Notes: generated by a model from the sequence alone, not told the origin. Shown: positions 40,114-51,017, counted from the stretch's first letter. The stretch: 64,000 bases of DNA from Calditrichia bacterium (GCA_050633245.1 JBOEGD010000009.1:96001-160000), one strand, 5' to 3'. Translations and numbers: made by a program.

Positions 40114-40812
40114 CTAGATCCCCAAAAACAGCCCCAGCTCAAAGCGCCAGGATCTAACCTTTTGGCTTCGATCTTCATCTGCTGCATCCAGTTGATTTGT
40201 TAGCCCCAGATTGTAAGTGCCACCAATATCCAAACCAAGCGCTGCGCGCAGAGGAATCTGAACCCCGACTGAAAAATTTAATCCAACCGCCGTATCTTTC
40301 AACACATCGGAAATATCCTCATCAATAGTTAATGTTTCGCCGTTTAAGGTGCCATCAGCAACCAGGCTGGCAGATGTCAAAAAGCCAATCGTTGCGCCGG
40401 ATTCGATATAGGGTTGATACCAATCTCCCGTGAAAACATACTTTAACAGAAGCGGAATTTCTATGTTGGACTGTTTGTTTACGATGCGAATCCGATTCAG
40501 TTCTCTTCCCTCAGTATCCGTTTGCACTGTTTCCTCGCTTTTTCCACCAAGACGAACGTACTTCACGCCGCTGCGCACTCGGACAGCCGGCGTTATCGCA
40601 TACTCCAGCTCTGCACCGGGCATATAGCTAAGCTCCATCCCCCCATACAGATCGCCCAAAATATTAAAGCCCTCGTTAGAAAGTTTTGACAGCGTCATTC
40701 CACCGTCCAGGGCAATAGTAAACGGATCTGCAGTTTTAGAACGGTTGTCCTGACCATAGACCATTCCGGAAAAGTAAACACATAAAGCGAACATGATGAT
40801 AAATATCTTCAT
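40114..40812 (-). CDS. Outer-membrane beta-barrel (PorT/OMP_b-brl-like), paralogue 1
   Basis: Signal peptide, NIEIPLLLKY; clearly paralogous to its neighbour. Confidence 0.85.
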   Translation of the reverse strand: MKIFIIMFALCVYFSGMVYGQDNRSKTADPFTIALDGGMTLSKLSNEGFNILGDLYGGMELSYMPGAELEYAITPAVRVRSGVKYVRLGGKSEETVQTDTEGRELNRIRIVNKQSNIEIPLLLKYVFTGDWYQPYIESGATIGFLTSASLVADGTLNGETLTIDEDISDVLKDTAVGLNFSVGVQIPLRAALGLDIGGTYNLGLTNQLDAADEDRSQKVRSWRFELGLFLGI

Positions 40813-41099
40813 TCAGCCAACTCCGATAATTTTGAAATATGAAGAATGAGTTTTATGAGGGGAGTTATTCTATATACAGAATATATAAACTCCGCACAAA
40901 TATGAATTTTCGTTCGGCTTTCTTGCCGGACTATGTAGATACGTATAATGAAGTGGAATTTGAATTTCCATATTGCATAATCTTCCACAACCACCTTATA
41001 CTGTTAATGCAAGACAAATACTCCCTCAGCATTGCTTGTAAAAGCGAGTGTTTTATTTTACTCGTACAAATAGACCCCTTATTCAGCGAGAGGCATTAA

Positions 41100-41528
41100 A
41101 TGTCTGATAATCTTACTGTGATACAAAACTGGTTTCATCGCGTATGGAACAAGCAGGACGTAACTGCAATCGACGAAATGTTTGCGGCCAAAGGAATGGC
41201 TGAAGGACTGGGAGGTCAGATACTTATTGGTCCACAGGATTTTAAGATATTCCACCAGGCTTTGTGCGCCATGGTTACCCGAATTGAGATTAATATTGAC
41301 AAAAGCCTGGAAGACGGCATGTGGATTTCCGCACTCTGCACCATGCGCGCGGTTTCTCGCGCTTCCGGAAAAAAAATACAGATGACCGGTACCGTTTTCT
41401 GCATGATTGATAAGGGAAAACTTGTTCAGGCGTTCAATCATTGGGACTTTATGGGATTCTTCGAACAAATCGGCCTGCTTCCGGCAGATGCACTTGCAAT
41501 GGGGCTAGCGGGCAAGAAGATACGCTAA
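41100..41528 (+). CDS. SnoaL-like/ester cyclase (NTF2 fold)
   Basis: WF..VWN......IDE, GKLV....WD...F.QIG. Confidence 0.88.
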   Translation: MSDNLTVIQNWFHRVWNKQDVTAIDEMFAAKGMAEGLGGQILIGPQDFKIFHQALCAMVTRIEINIDKSLEDGMWISALCTMRAVSRASGKKIQMTGTVFCMIDKGKLVQAFNHWDFMGFFEQIGLLPADALAMGLAGKKIR

Positions 41529-41684
41529 TACTTCATTAAGGCCTCATAGTCCTGCACTCGCTGATCGCCGTTTGGACCCTCGCGAAACAGCTCTTCCCTG
41601 CCATCGCTGTCTGGCTCGCCGGTTTGAAAATAGACGGCGTAGTAATTTGTCCGATTCAGCAGGTTCTCTGGACTTAAGAAGGAA

Positions 41685-43961
41685 TTACTGTAGTAACACC
41701 ATTTTTCGTGTGGAGGAATACTCTTTTCCGGTCAGTCGGTATAGATAAACACCTGAACTCACCGCGACACCCGATTCATTCTTACCTCCCCAAACGTATT
41801 CATAGGTCCCCGCTGTTAACTGATCGGCAGCAAGACGTTTAATCAGACGACCGGCAATGTCAAAAATCTGAAGCTCGATGTATTGCGCAGTGGAGAGACT
41901 AAATTGAATTGTTGTCTCAGGGTTAAAAGGGTTTGGGTAGTTTTGCTGTAGAGAGAATTTCTCCGGTACTCGAATAACATCCTCAATCCCCAGTGGTGAG
42001 CCATTGTTACGAAAAATTTGCAATCCCTGATCGCTATCCACGACCGCAAAATAATCACCGTCAACCGTCATTCTGTATAGGCTCTGTTTTTCAACGCTGG
42101 CGATTTGAAAAGGATTTTGTAAGTCGCTGACGTCAACAACACCGAATCCAGATCCACTCCAGTACAAATAATTCCCCGAGACCTCTCCCCACACATTACT
42201 TGCGCTTGATGCAATTTCGATCTCGCCTAAAAAGGTAGGACTTGCCGGATTCAGCACTCCCAAAATTGAAAGAGAGCTGCTTAATAAATAAGCCGCATTG
42301 TTTTCTACAATCACTCCTGAAGTGTGTTTTTTCACATTCCCGAGGGCTATTGGAGCATGCGGGTTTGAAATATCATATATTTTCATGTCATCAAATGTCG
42401 CGACATAAAGCGTGCTGTCTTCAATGGCAATATCGATGGGCTTTCTAATTCCGCTTAAAATCGCTATTGATTGTGGGTTCTGCACATCTGCCACATCAAT
42501 AAGCTGTAGAGTTGAATCGGTAGATGAAGGTGCTGTACACCCAAGAGCTACAATATCGCCATGCTTTGTCAGCGATGTCACGTAGCGACCGGAATTTCCG
42601 CTTAGAACGCCCGGGAAATGGGCAAGAAACGTGGGCTGCATCGGATTCGAAACATTATAAATATACAGTCCAGCGGGGTTATACTCAGAATCACTTCCTG
42701 CAGCGACGTAGAGTGTATCACCTTCAAACTGCATGTCAATAATTCGCGTATTACCTAGTACATTGCCCAAATGGGTTGGTCGCGCAGGATTGGCAACGTC
42801 AAATTTCCAAAGTCCGCTCATGCTACTGATAAAGAGAAGCTGATCTGCCCAATGCATAACCCCCGCCGAGGCCAATAGCGGAACGGCCTCTTCCTCTTCC
42901 AGAGAGGCAGGATTATCGCTATTTACAATACGCAGGCCGGAATAGTGGCCAGCATAGACACGCCCACCAGAGGCGGCAATCGCATCCTCATACCGCAGCC
43001 AAGCTTTATTACCGGGCAAAATGTCGGCAACTATTGGGCTGGCAGGCTCAGAGATATCGATAGAGAGAATGCCGCTTTGGGAGTTATTCAGGAATAAGAA
43101 ATCTCCGGACTGTGCAATTGATGTAGAACGGTGATATGGAGTTGGTAGCGATAGATAGGTTACGAAAGTTGCATTTAGTGGATCAGAGATATTATACACT
43201 GTGCAGTCGAGCCGACCGTCAAATACATAGAGGAAGGAATCGACGACCTGTGCGCTTCCCTGGACGGAATTAGTGTTAATTGTAGCGACCCAGTTCAGGC
43301 TGTCGAAACTCGTGGCATCGAAGACCTTAATGCCAAACTCAAATTCATTATCGGCAACGAAAACATAGTTGTCCTTTACCGCAATACAGGTTGGGAAATA
43401 ATCCCAAACATCTCCCAAAGCAAGTCTACGAGGATACATCGGATCGGAAATGTCTACCGATACCAACGTCTGCCAATGCACCATGAATAGCCGATTTCCC
43501 TCGCGCACCATTCGTCTTCCAAAAAGATTGCGATTTCGCCCCAGCAGCACCGGATCGGCGGGTTCGGAAATGTCGTAAATACGCAGACCATCAGATGAGA
43601 CAAAGAGCAGGGAATCATCGGCTAATAAACACACGGCCTGATAGGGAATCACGATCTCACCAATTACCGAGTATGGATTAGCAGCCTTTGCATCGATAAT
43701 TTGAATCCTCGATCCATTGGCGATAAAAACCGCATTTTCTGTTGCCGAGACCGCACCACCAGCTCCATACTTCCATTGTGAGAGCAGGCTGATAGTGGAA
43801 TCCTGCTGCACAGACTGCTGCTTTTGCGAAGAAAGCGAGCGTTCCACAATTCCATTATAATACTCTGCGAGAAACGAATCCTGTGCGGCAACTGAGGTCG
43901 ATCCGGCAATCAGCATGCAAAACGACATACATGAATAAATGATCTTCGCGAATGCGTTCAT
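41685..43961 (-). CDS. LVIVD-repeat secreted protein with FlgD/T9SS-like domain
   Basis: Many L.I.D(I/V)S.P..P repeats; NYPNPFNP. Confidence 0.9.
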   Translation of the reverse strand: MNAFAKIIYSCMSFCMLIAGSTSVAAQDSFLAEYYNGIVERSLSSQKQQSVQQDSTISLLSQWKYGAGGAVSATENAVFIANGSRIQIIDAKAANPYSVIGEIVIPYQAVCLLADDSLLFVSSDGLRIYDISEPADPVLLGRNRNLFGRRMVREGNRLFMVHWQTLVSVDISDPMYPRRLALGDVWDYFPTCIAVKDNYVFVADNEFEFGIKVFDATSFDSLNWVATINTNSVQGSAQVVDSFLYVFDGRLDCTVYNISDPLNATFVTYLSLPTPYHRSTSIAQSGDFLFLNNSQSGILSIDISEPASPIVADILPGNKAWLRYEDAIAASGGRVYAGHYSGLRIVNSDNPASLEEEEAVPLLASAGVMHWADQLLFISSMSGLWKFDVANPARPTHLGNVLGNTRIIDMQFEGDTLYVAAGSDSEYNPAGLYIYNVSNPMQPTFLAHFPGVLSGNSGRYVTSLTKHGDIVALGCTAPSSTDSTLQLIDVADVQNPQSIAILSGIRKPIDIAIEDSTLYVATFDDMKIYDISNPHAPIALGNVKKHTSGVIVENNAAYLLSSSLSILGVLNPASPTFLGEIEIASSASNVWGEVSGNYLYWSGSGFGVVDVSDLQNPFQIASVEKQSLYRMTVDGDYFAVVDSDQGLQIFRNNGSPLGIEDVIRVPEKFSLQQNYPNPFNPETTIQFSLSTAQYIELQIFDIAGRLIKRLAADQLTAGTYEYVWGGKNESGVAVSSGVYLYRLTGKEYSSTRKMVLLQ

Positions 43962-44146
43962 ATTAGCTTTCCAAAAAAATAATCGAGGGCTTTAAGATTA
44001 TATTCGCATGAAAGAAAAAGGTTCTGATATTTTATCGACATAAAGTGCGCACAGGTCAACTGCTGCCCGATGCTCATTTTTCAGCAAACTCTCCAAAACC
44101 GTAAATAACGATTAATCGAGTCCCGAGATCTAACCACGGAGGGCAA

Positions 44147-44896
44147 ATGTTGATCGTCGAGCGAATAGTGTTTGCGACAATAGTAATACTGCTGTTATCC
44201 GCCTGCTCGCAGCGCACCATGGTAAACTGGCTGGAACAGCGCAATCCGGACGTATTGTTTTCGGTGGAAACCGAAGAACGTGTCGTCGCGCTAACCATTG
44301 ACGATGGCCCACACGCTGTGGTAACCCCGCTTATTTTGGACGTATTGAAAAAATACGATGCGCACGCGACGTTTTTTGTGATGGGAAAACGCGTGCCCGG
44401 TAATGAACACCTGCTGCAGCGCATGGTTGATGAAGATCATGAAATCGGCAATCACATGATGACCGGCACGCCGAGCATCTGGTTGTCGGAAGAAGATTTT
44501 GAGCAGCAGCTTCTGCAAACGCATCAGCTGGTGAGTGATTTTGCCGATCCGGTTTGGATGCGCCCGGCCTTTGGATTTTTCAATGACCGCATGTTGAAGC
44601 AGCTGGAAGAGGCGGGCTATCGCTGCGCTCTGGGCTCGGTCTACCCTTTCGATCCGCAAATGCCTTTTGTCGGCTATCTGAGTAATTATGTGTTAAGACA
44701 CAGCTATCCGGGTGACGTGATTATCCTGCATGATGGCAAGCCGGGGCGTGCCCGCACGGCAAAAGTGCTGGAGCGCGTGCTGTCAGTATTTGCGGAGTGG
44801 GGCTATCGCGTGGTTACGCTAAGTGAGCTGATGGAGATACAAGGAGCGGAGCTAAGGAGGCAGGGAGAAGGGCTACACATTCCGATCACACCCTGA
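44147..44896 (+). CDS. Polysaccharide deacetylase (NodB/CE4) lipoprotein
   Basis: ALTIDDGP, HEIGNH, RP..G, IILHDG; lipobox LSAC. Confidence 0.92.
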   Translation: MLIVERIVFATIVILLLSACSQRTMVNWLEQRNPDVLFSVETEERVVALTIDDGPHAVVTPLILDVLKKYDAHATFFVMGKRVPGNEHLLQRMVDEDHEIGNHMMTGTPSIWLSEEDFEQQLLQTHQLVSDFADPVWMRPAFGFFNDRMLKQLEEAGYRCALGSVYPFDPQMPFVGYLSNYVLRHSYPGDVIILHDGKPGRARTAKVLERVLSVFAEWGYRVVTLSELMEIQGAELRRQGEGLHIPITP

Positions 44897-45290
44897 GTCA
44901 CCAAGCATCGCATCGTTACGGACGAAGAGCTGCCTTTTTCCCGCGGTCTGTTTTCCGTTCACCGAGACCCGGCTTGAAGACGCGAAGTACCGCACCTTTA
45001 CTGAGCAAGTTGATAAATATGCGACAATTGAGAATAACTTTTCAGAATTATCGAAAGTTCTACTAATAGTGTATTAGTATCCTCATACCTTACCTGCGCC
45101 AAACATTAGTCCTCCCACCAATTTTACCTATACATGGAGATTAACCCATACCTATCGAGCATTCTTCATTTTATGTTGACTTTTCTGCTAATACCGTTAC
45201 CCCTGAGGCTGCTTCTAATGCCAGAACAAAGGGCTAAGATGTCTAGAGAGCAATTTATCAAAACACTTTCAAAACAATTAGGAGATAGCA

Positions 45291-48200
45291 ATGAAATGTA
45301 AATTGAGACTAGTTCCGGGTCTGATTCTTTTATTTGGCCTGACCCTATTTGGCAATGCCCAAACGCTTTGGAATGGTGGACATATTCCTACAACTTATCA
45401 AACCAACTGGACACGCGCAGGACTGTTGCCGAGTACACCAACCATTTCGACGCAGGTAATTGATGTAAATACTGCCAGAACCGGGTCGGAACCATGGGAA
45501 GCGGTTGTACAGACGTTGGTAAATAATGCCAGTGCGGCTCCTGCCGGCACGGTTACAATGCTATATTTCCCTCAAACTGGTGGAGATTCGAATAACGGTA
45601 TCTATACCTTTACCGGTAGCATAACCGTTAGCCCCGGAATTGAGACGAGCATTATTTTCCAGGGGGACGGAGCGGAAAGAACCTATTTGTATTTTGATAA
45701 CGGCAACAAAGTGGCCTTTCATGTGAAGGGTAATCCGACTCATTCAACACTGCCAGCCGATGCTGATCTGGATATCATACTTTCTAAGCGCAGTAATGGC
45801 TTTTTTGTAGATGATGCTACCGATTTCGAGGCATTGGACTGGATCATTCTTGAACAAGAGGGATTCTACAATCACTGGGATTGCGAGGGCTGTGGCAGCT
45901 GGATTCACGTGGGACAGATCGACCAAATTACGGGTATCAATCAAGCTACGAACAACATGACGATTTGGACTCTTGCAGCAAAGACATATACTCCGAACGA
46001 GACCACATCTTCCGGGGATGTTAAGACCACAATAACGAAGTTTGAACCGGTGCAGAATATTGGGTTTGAGAATTTCACTCTCCATCGGGTCGATGAGGGA
46101 CAGGCACCTGAATCAAAAGACAATAATATCACCTTTGAATATGCCGTTAACTGCTGGGTGAAGGGTGTGCATATGCGTCGTACGCCCAGGCATCATATAA
46201 AAATTGACTGGGGTGCACATATCGAGGTCAGTGGTTGTTATTTTGTTAATGCCAACTCCAAAAAAAATTGGGGTGGTGGCTTTGGATACGGCGTTATTAT
46301 TCAAAATGCCAGCACCAATAATCTCATCCAAAATAATATCTTCAGAAAACTGCGACACTCCATTCTTTTACAGGCCGGAGCCAATACCAACGTGATCACC
46401 TATAATTTTTCGCGCCAGCCGGAGAAGTGCGAAAACCACGACAACCGAACCTTTAATCAGTGTATCCCGATTCCGGGGGGCGGAGGTGAAATCGTCCTCC
46501 ACAGCAACTATTCTTATTCGAACCTTTTTGAACACAATGTTGCCAATAAAATTGAGGCAGACAATGCAAACAGCAAAGAGGATGGACCTTACAATGCATT
46601 CGTACGCAATATTGTGAGAGATGGTGATGATGTGGTGCCGCCTTATACAGACTTTTTCGACCTCGGAACACATTTAAAATTTCGTGAAATTCCTCTTGTT
46701 AGCAATCTGGGAAACTGGTTGAGGGGAGGAATTCACTATATTGGCGATAAAACAACTATCGGCATCGATTTATATGGTTACGAAACGAATTCCGGCGCAT
46801 ATCCCACCGGCGATGCCATTCCCCACCTGACCGGAATAGTCCTGGATCAGAGTTTACAATTGCAGGATGTATCGTATTATTACGACTCAGCACCGGACTT
46901 TCTCGAAGGAATGTCCTGGCCAAGTGCAGGTCCGCGGCTATCGTTGGCAGATCCGATGCCGGATCAGAATATTCCTGCAGCAAACCGGTATCACCACCAT
47001 ACAGAGAAAACCTACAACAATAGTTCTACCGAGCATAATGCAATAGTAAAAACATCGGTGGTAAATAGTTTTCCCGGCGGCGTGGTTGAAGTTGATGAGC
47101 AAGTGGTTGCAACTGGCATCCCCTATACCTGGAATATCGGGGAGACCCATGTCCTTGAAGCGATCGATCAGGTTTGGCCACAAACTGGAGGTTTTAACCA
47201 AAAGTTTGAAGGGTGGCTGGATACGGGAAATAACCTTGTCTCAACCAATAAAGAGTATACCTTCCAGGTTAAGGCTGTCCCGGGCTCCTACACCGCAATG
47301 TTTAGCACTCTTTATGATATTGATGTGTCAATGGATTTCCTGAACGGCGGTTCCGGCGGGGTTTTAACCATCGATGGGCTACCCCAGGCAACCCCTTATT
47401 CCGCCCAGACGTATATTAAAGACGTATTAGTGGTTGGAGCCGCACCGGTTACAAAAACAATAAATGGTATTCCCGTTGAATACAAACTACGCAGCTGGAC
47501 CAATGATTCTTTCGAAGAAGTGCAAACCCTGACTCCCGACGACCATGTAAACCTGACTGCATATATGAAGGGACAGCGGATGGCCAACAGTGCTGAGGCA
47601 ACGCACGGCAGTCAACAATCGAAGTTAATCAGCAATCCGATTACCGATGAACTGCATATGGTATATGAAGATGATGGAGCTATCTATTATACCTTCTCTA
47701 GTGATTATGGCATAACCTGGAGTCGCGACATGATGATCGATGGGTCCGATGACTACGGTTGCCTGAACCCGAGTATCAGTATCGACAAATACGAAACCAT
47801 TCACATCTTTTACGAACGAAAAGATGCGAGCGAATATGACGTTTGCTATATGAGCTATGATTTTGATGGCAACGCTTCAGCAATTGAAATTTTGGGATCA
47901 TCTGCTACAACCTATGGTGGCAATGGCAGGGAAACCACGCCTGCCGGTGTGGCTGAGTATAATGGTAAAGTTTTTGTTGTCTGGCGTTTTTCCGGTCCGC
48001 TTGGGCTCAAGGGTCTTGTTTTGCGGGAAAAAGATGTTCTCTCAGGGTGGGGCCCGCATCGCGTTGTTCCTGGTACTGGTGCACATTCATATCAGCCGAC
48101 TGTTAGTTATGGCCTGGTTGCAGGCAATGACTATCCGACCCATGTGTTTTGGTGTGAGGGTGCAACATCAACTCAGATTAATCAATTAAGCGGCGGCTAC

Positions 48201-49700
48201 TCCAATAGCCAATGGGAATGGAATCTTCCAACAACCGACCTAACCCCTGGGAACACATTTGGCTACAGTGGCTTTCCGTCTGTTCATCAGATATATGAAA
48301 GTAATCCTAAAGATATTTTTCTGACGTGGCAAGCTCTACAGCCCACTCCTCCAAACAGCTCAAAAACGGCAAATATCAGGCAAGCATCCAATAAAAGGAT
48401 CGTGAACGAAGGCGAGATCGTAATAGAGGATAAAAAGTCGGTCGGTCGCAAAGGCTCTTCTACAAATTGTCCGGTGCCGGTACCGGCAGATCCGATTGTT
48501 TGTTTCCGGGAACACAAAGGATCCTGGCTACCGACCATTGTGTTTGAAACCAACAATTGGTGTGACAGAAAGCCAGTGGTAACAAGCTGGCAGTATGCTA
48601 CCGATCAAAACGTAATGATTGCCTTTGAAAGTGACGAGGGCGAAATCTCGACTGTCGAACGTGATCATGTCGGCGTCTGGCATACCGTAACTGTATTAAC
48701 AACAAATGGATCCAATCCTTCCATAACTGCTCTGGATGAGGTCGAACCGAATCTTATCTATACCAAGCACAGCAGCAATCCTCATGAGATTGTATTTGAA
48801 GGTGATATTACCCAGTACCAGGGGAAGACAGCCACGGTGATACCGCATCGTCGTCGTGTTTCACTTAATATGGAGCAGGCAATACATAATGCCAGCCTTA
48901 GCAGTTTTGATGGCGATGTAATCATCGAGATCGGAGATCTGGAGATTCAAACGGCGGACGGCATCAAGTTTATAAAACCGCAACACAGCGATTCAGCATT
49001 AACGGCGGAAAATGCCTTCATTTTTAACAAAATCGAGCTGGATGAAAGTATGCGGATAATCCGGGTTCCCGTGCGGATCTCGGCACGTAATGTCGTCGCA
49101 AAATCCGGCATCAAACAAAAAGGAGTTTCGATACCGCTACTCAGCCTGGGCGCACTCGATGCGGTCAGCAACAAAACTATTGGCTCGATGAAGGAATATG
49201 ATTCAGCATTCATCAGCATCGGTGATACCGCTCAGGTAATCGATACGCTGGAGTTCGATCTGAAGGCGATCAAATCTTCCGCCATCGTTATTCAGGGAAC
49301 GATGCATTTGCGTGACAAACCCTCCGGAATAAACTTTTATGAGGTTTATAACCTCAGAAACCTCAAGTACGATTCAGCCGGCAATGAGAACGCGGCTGAG
49401 ATCATTTCCAATCAGCTACCCAAGACGTTTGCACTGCGCCAGAACTTTCCAAATCCGTTTAATCCGACAACGACAATCCGTTTTGATTTGCCAAAAAATA
49501 GTACCGTATCGCTTAAGATTTATGATGTCCAGGGACGGCTGGTTCGTAAACTGGTTAATCAAAAGATGAAAGCCGGCTTTCACGAAACCCAATGGGATGG
49601 CTTAAACAGTCATGGTAATCGGGTTGCGACAGGCGTCTACTTTTATCGGATTCGAGCGGATAAATTCATTCGAACCAAAAAAATGGTACTCGTGCGTTAA
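45291..49700 (+). CDS. Large secreted beta-helix (pectate-lyase-like) + BNR/propeller + FlgD/T9SS-like protein
   Basis: NWTRAG, QNIGFENF, NCWVKGV, NNLIQNNIF..LRH; SSDYGITWS Asp-box; NFPNPFNP. Confidence 0.82.
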   Translation: MKCKLRLVPGLILLFGLTLFGNAQTLWNGGHIPTTYQTNWTRAGLLPSTPTISTQVIDVNTARTGSEPWEAVVQTLVNNASAAPAGTVTMLYFPQTGGDSNNGIYTFTGSITVSPGIETSIIFQGDGAERTYLYFDNGNKVAFHVKGNPTHSTLPADADLDIILSKRSNGFFVDDATDFEALDWIILEQEGFYNHWDCEGCGSWIHVGQIDQITGINQATNNMTIWTLAAKTYTPNETTSSGDVKTTITKFEPVQNIGFENFTLHRVDEGQAPESKDNNITFEYAVNCWVKGVHMRRTPRHHIKIDWGAHIEVSGCYFVNANSKKNWGGGFGYGVIIQNASTNNLIQNNIFRKLRHSILLQAGANTNVITYNFSRQPEKCENHDNRTFNQCIPIPGGGGEIVLHSNYSYSNLFEHNVANKIEADNANSKEDGPYNAFVRNIVRDGDDVVPPYTDFFDLGTHLKFREIPLVSNLGNWLRGGIHYIGDKTTIGIDLYGYETNSGAYPTGDAIPHLTGIVLDQSLQLQDVSYYYDSAPDFLEGMSWPSAGPRLSLADPMPDQNIPAANRYHHHTEKTYNNSSTEHNAIVKTSVVNSFPGGVVEVDEQVVATGIPYTWNIGETHVLEAIDQVWPQTGGFNQKFEGWLDTGNNLVSTNKEYTFQVKAVPGSYTAMFSTLYDIDVSMDFLNGGSGGVLTIDGLPQATPYSAQTYIKDVLVVGAAPVTKTINGIPVEYKLRSWTNDSFEEVQTLTPDDHVNLTAYMKGQRMANSAEATHGSQQSKLISNPITDELHMVYEDDGAIYYTFSSDYGITWSRDMMIDGSDDYGCLNPSISIDKYETIHIFYERKDASEYDVCYMSYDFDGNASAIEILGSSATTYGGNGRETTPAGVAEYNGKVFVVWRFSGPLGLKGLVLREKDVLSGWGPHRVVPGTGAHSYQPTVSYGLVAGNDYPTHVFWCEGATSTQINQLSGGYSNSQWEWNLPTTDLTPGNTFGYSGFPSVHQIYESNPKDIFLTWQALQPTPPNSSKTANIRQASNKRIVNEGEIVIEDKKSVGRKGSSTNCPVPVPADPIVCFREHKGSWLPTIVFETNNWCDRKPVVTSWQYATDQNVMIAFESDEGEISTVERDHVGVWHTVTVLTTNGSNPSITALDEVEPNLIYTKHSSNPHEIVFEGDITQYQGKTATVIPHRRRVSLNMEQAIHNASLSSFDGDVIIEIGDLEIQTADGIKFIKPQHSDSALTAENAFIFNKIELDESMRIIRVPVRISARNVVAKSGIKQKGVSIPLLSLGALDAVSNKTIGSMKEYDSAFISIGDTAQVIDTLEFDLKAIKSSAIVIQGTMHLRDKPSGINFYEVYNLRNLKYDSAGNENAAEIISNQLPKTFALRQNFPNPFNPTTTIRFDLPKNSTVSLKIYDVQGRLVRKLVNQKMKAGFHETQWDGLNSHGNRVATGVYFYRIRADKFIRTKKMVLVR

Positions 49701-49734
49701 TTCGCTTCTTTAGTAAAAGTTTCCTGTTTCAGAT

Positions 49735-49770
49735 TGCGGTTGTGGGTTTTAAACTTAATCCACAGCCGCA
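49735..49770 (+). terminator. Hairpin after large secreted gene
   Basis: TGCGGTTGTGGGTT...AATCCACAGCCGCA. Confidence 0.55.
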
Positions 49771-50075
49771 GGTCTTTCCATTAGAGATGCCACCGACACA
49801 CAGGTCGACGCACATTGGTATCAGACGCGAAGCATAGCGTCTTTACTTAGTAAGGTGCCGTCTCTTTCCTGCCGTTTCTTATCTCTCGTCCGTTATCTGC
49901 CGTCTGTTTTCTGACGTCCCTTATCTGCCGTCTGCTATCTTGCGATACCCGACACCCGATACCCGTTCACCGTTTTTTAATAATCTCTTGGATACATTTT
50001 GCCGATTCTGTATTCTGATGAATGATTGTTTAACAACTGTTAGTACCCCCGCTAAATACGCAAGGATATCGCTCC

Positions 50076-51017
50076 ATGAAAAACGTTCTGATCACCGGGG
50101 CCTGTGGACAAATCGGCTCTGAACTGGTAGTGGAAATCGGAAAAAACATCCCCGCCAAACACCTCATCGCAACTGATGTCAGTAAAGCCCTTCCGCTGTT
50201 TAAAGACCACGCGACATTCGCCTATCTCGACGTGCTCGATCGCGATCGCCTGCTGGCCGTGGTGACTGAAAACGAAATCGATACCATTTTTCACATGGCG
50301 GCAATTTTGTCCGCTCGCGGAGAGCAAAATCCACAGCTGGCCTATAACATCAATCTTGGTGGACTGTTTAACGTGCTGGAAGTAGCGCGTAAGCGCGGGG
50401 TAAATCGCGTGATATCGCCATCGACGATTGCCGTATTCGGACCCGATGCGCCAAAGGAGAATACGCCCAACGAAACGCCGCTGAATCCCACCACCATGTA
50501 TGGCGTTACCAAAGTCGCCGGTGAGAAGCTGATGCAGTATTATCACGGCAAGTTCGGCGTCGATACCCGCGGCCTGCGCTATCCCGGGATTATCAGCAGC
50601 GCAACCGCCCCCGGTGGCGGCACCACAGACTACGCGGTCGACATGTATATCCACGCGGTGAAACAGCTTCCCTACGACTGCTTCGTAAAAGACGACACTC
50701 CCCTGCCCTTCATGTATATGCCCGACGCCATCAAGGCTATTGTCGATCTCGCCAATGCCGACGGCAGTAAGCTGAAGCGACGCAACTACAACGTCAATGC
50801 CATGAGCCTGACGCCCAGACAAATTGAAGACTCGATTAAAGCACGCATTCCGGAGTTCTCCTGCGGCTATAAGCCGGATTACCGCCAGGCTATTGCCGAA
50901 AGCTGGCCCTGGAGCATCGATGACAGCACTGCACGTGCCGAGTGGGACTGGCAGCCGGACTATGATCTGGATGCGATGAGTGATGATATGATTGCTAACT
51001 TACGGTCGCTTCGCTAA
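50076..51017 (+). CDS. L-threonine 3-dehydrogenase-like NAD-dependent epimerase/SDR
   Basis: GACGQIG, AAILSA.GE, YGVTK, PGGGTTDYAV. Confidence 0.9.
   Translation: MKNVLITGACGQIGSELVVEIGKNIPAKHLIATDVSKALPLFKDHATFAYLDVLDRDRLLAVVTENEIDTIFHMAAILSARGEQNPQLAYNINLGGLFNVLEVARKRGVNRVISPSTIAVFGPDAPKENTPNETPLNPTTMYGVTKVAGEKLMQYYHGKFGVDTRGLRYPGIISSATAPGGGTTDYAVDMYIHAVKQLPYDCFVKDDTPLPFMYMPDAIKAIVDLANADGSKLKRRNYNVNAMSLTPRQIEDSIKARIPEFSCGYKPDYRQAIAESWPWSIDDSTARAEWDWQPDYDLDAMSDDMIANLRSLR

Noticed and set aside
50052-50822. 256-aa antisense ORF and similar shadow ORFs (e.g. 36892..37584, 19965..20459)
   Set aside because: They overlap well-supported genes and have no motifs or RBS.
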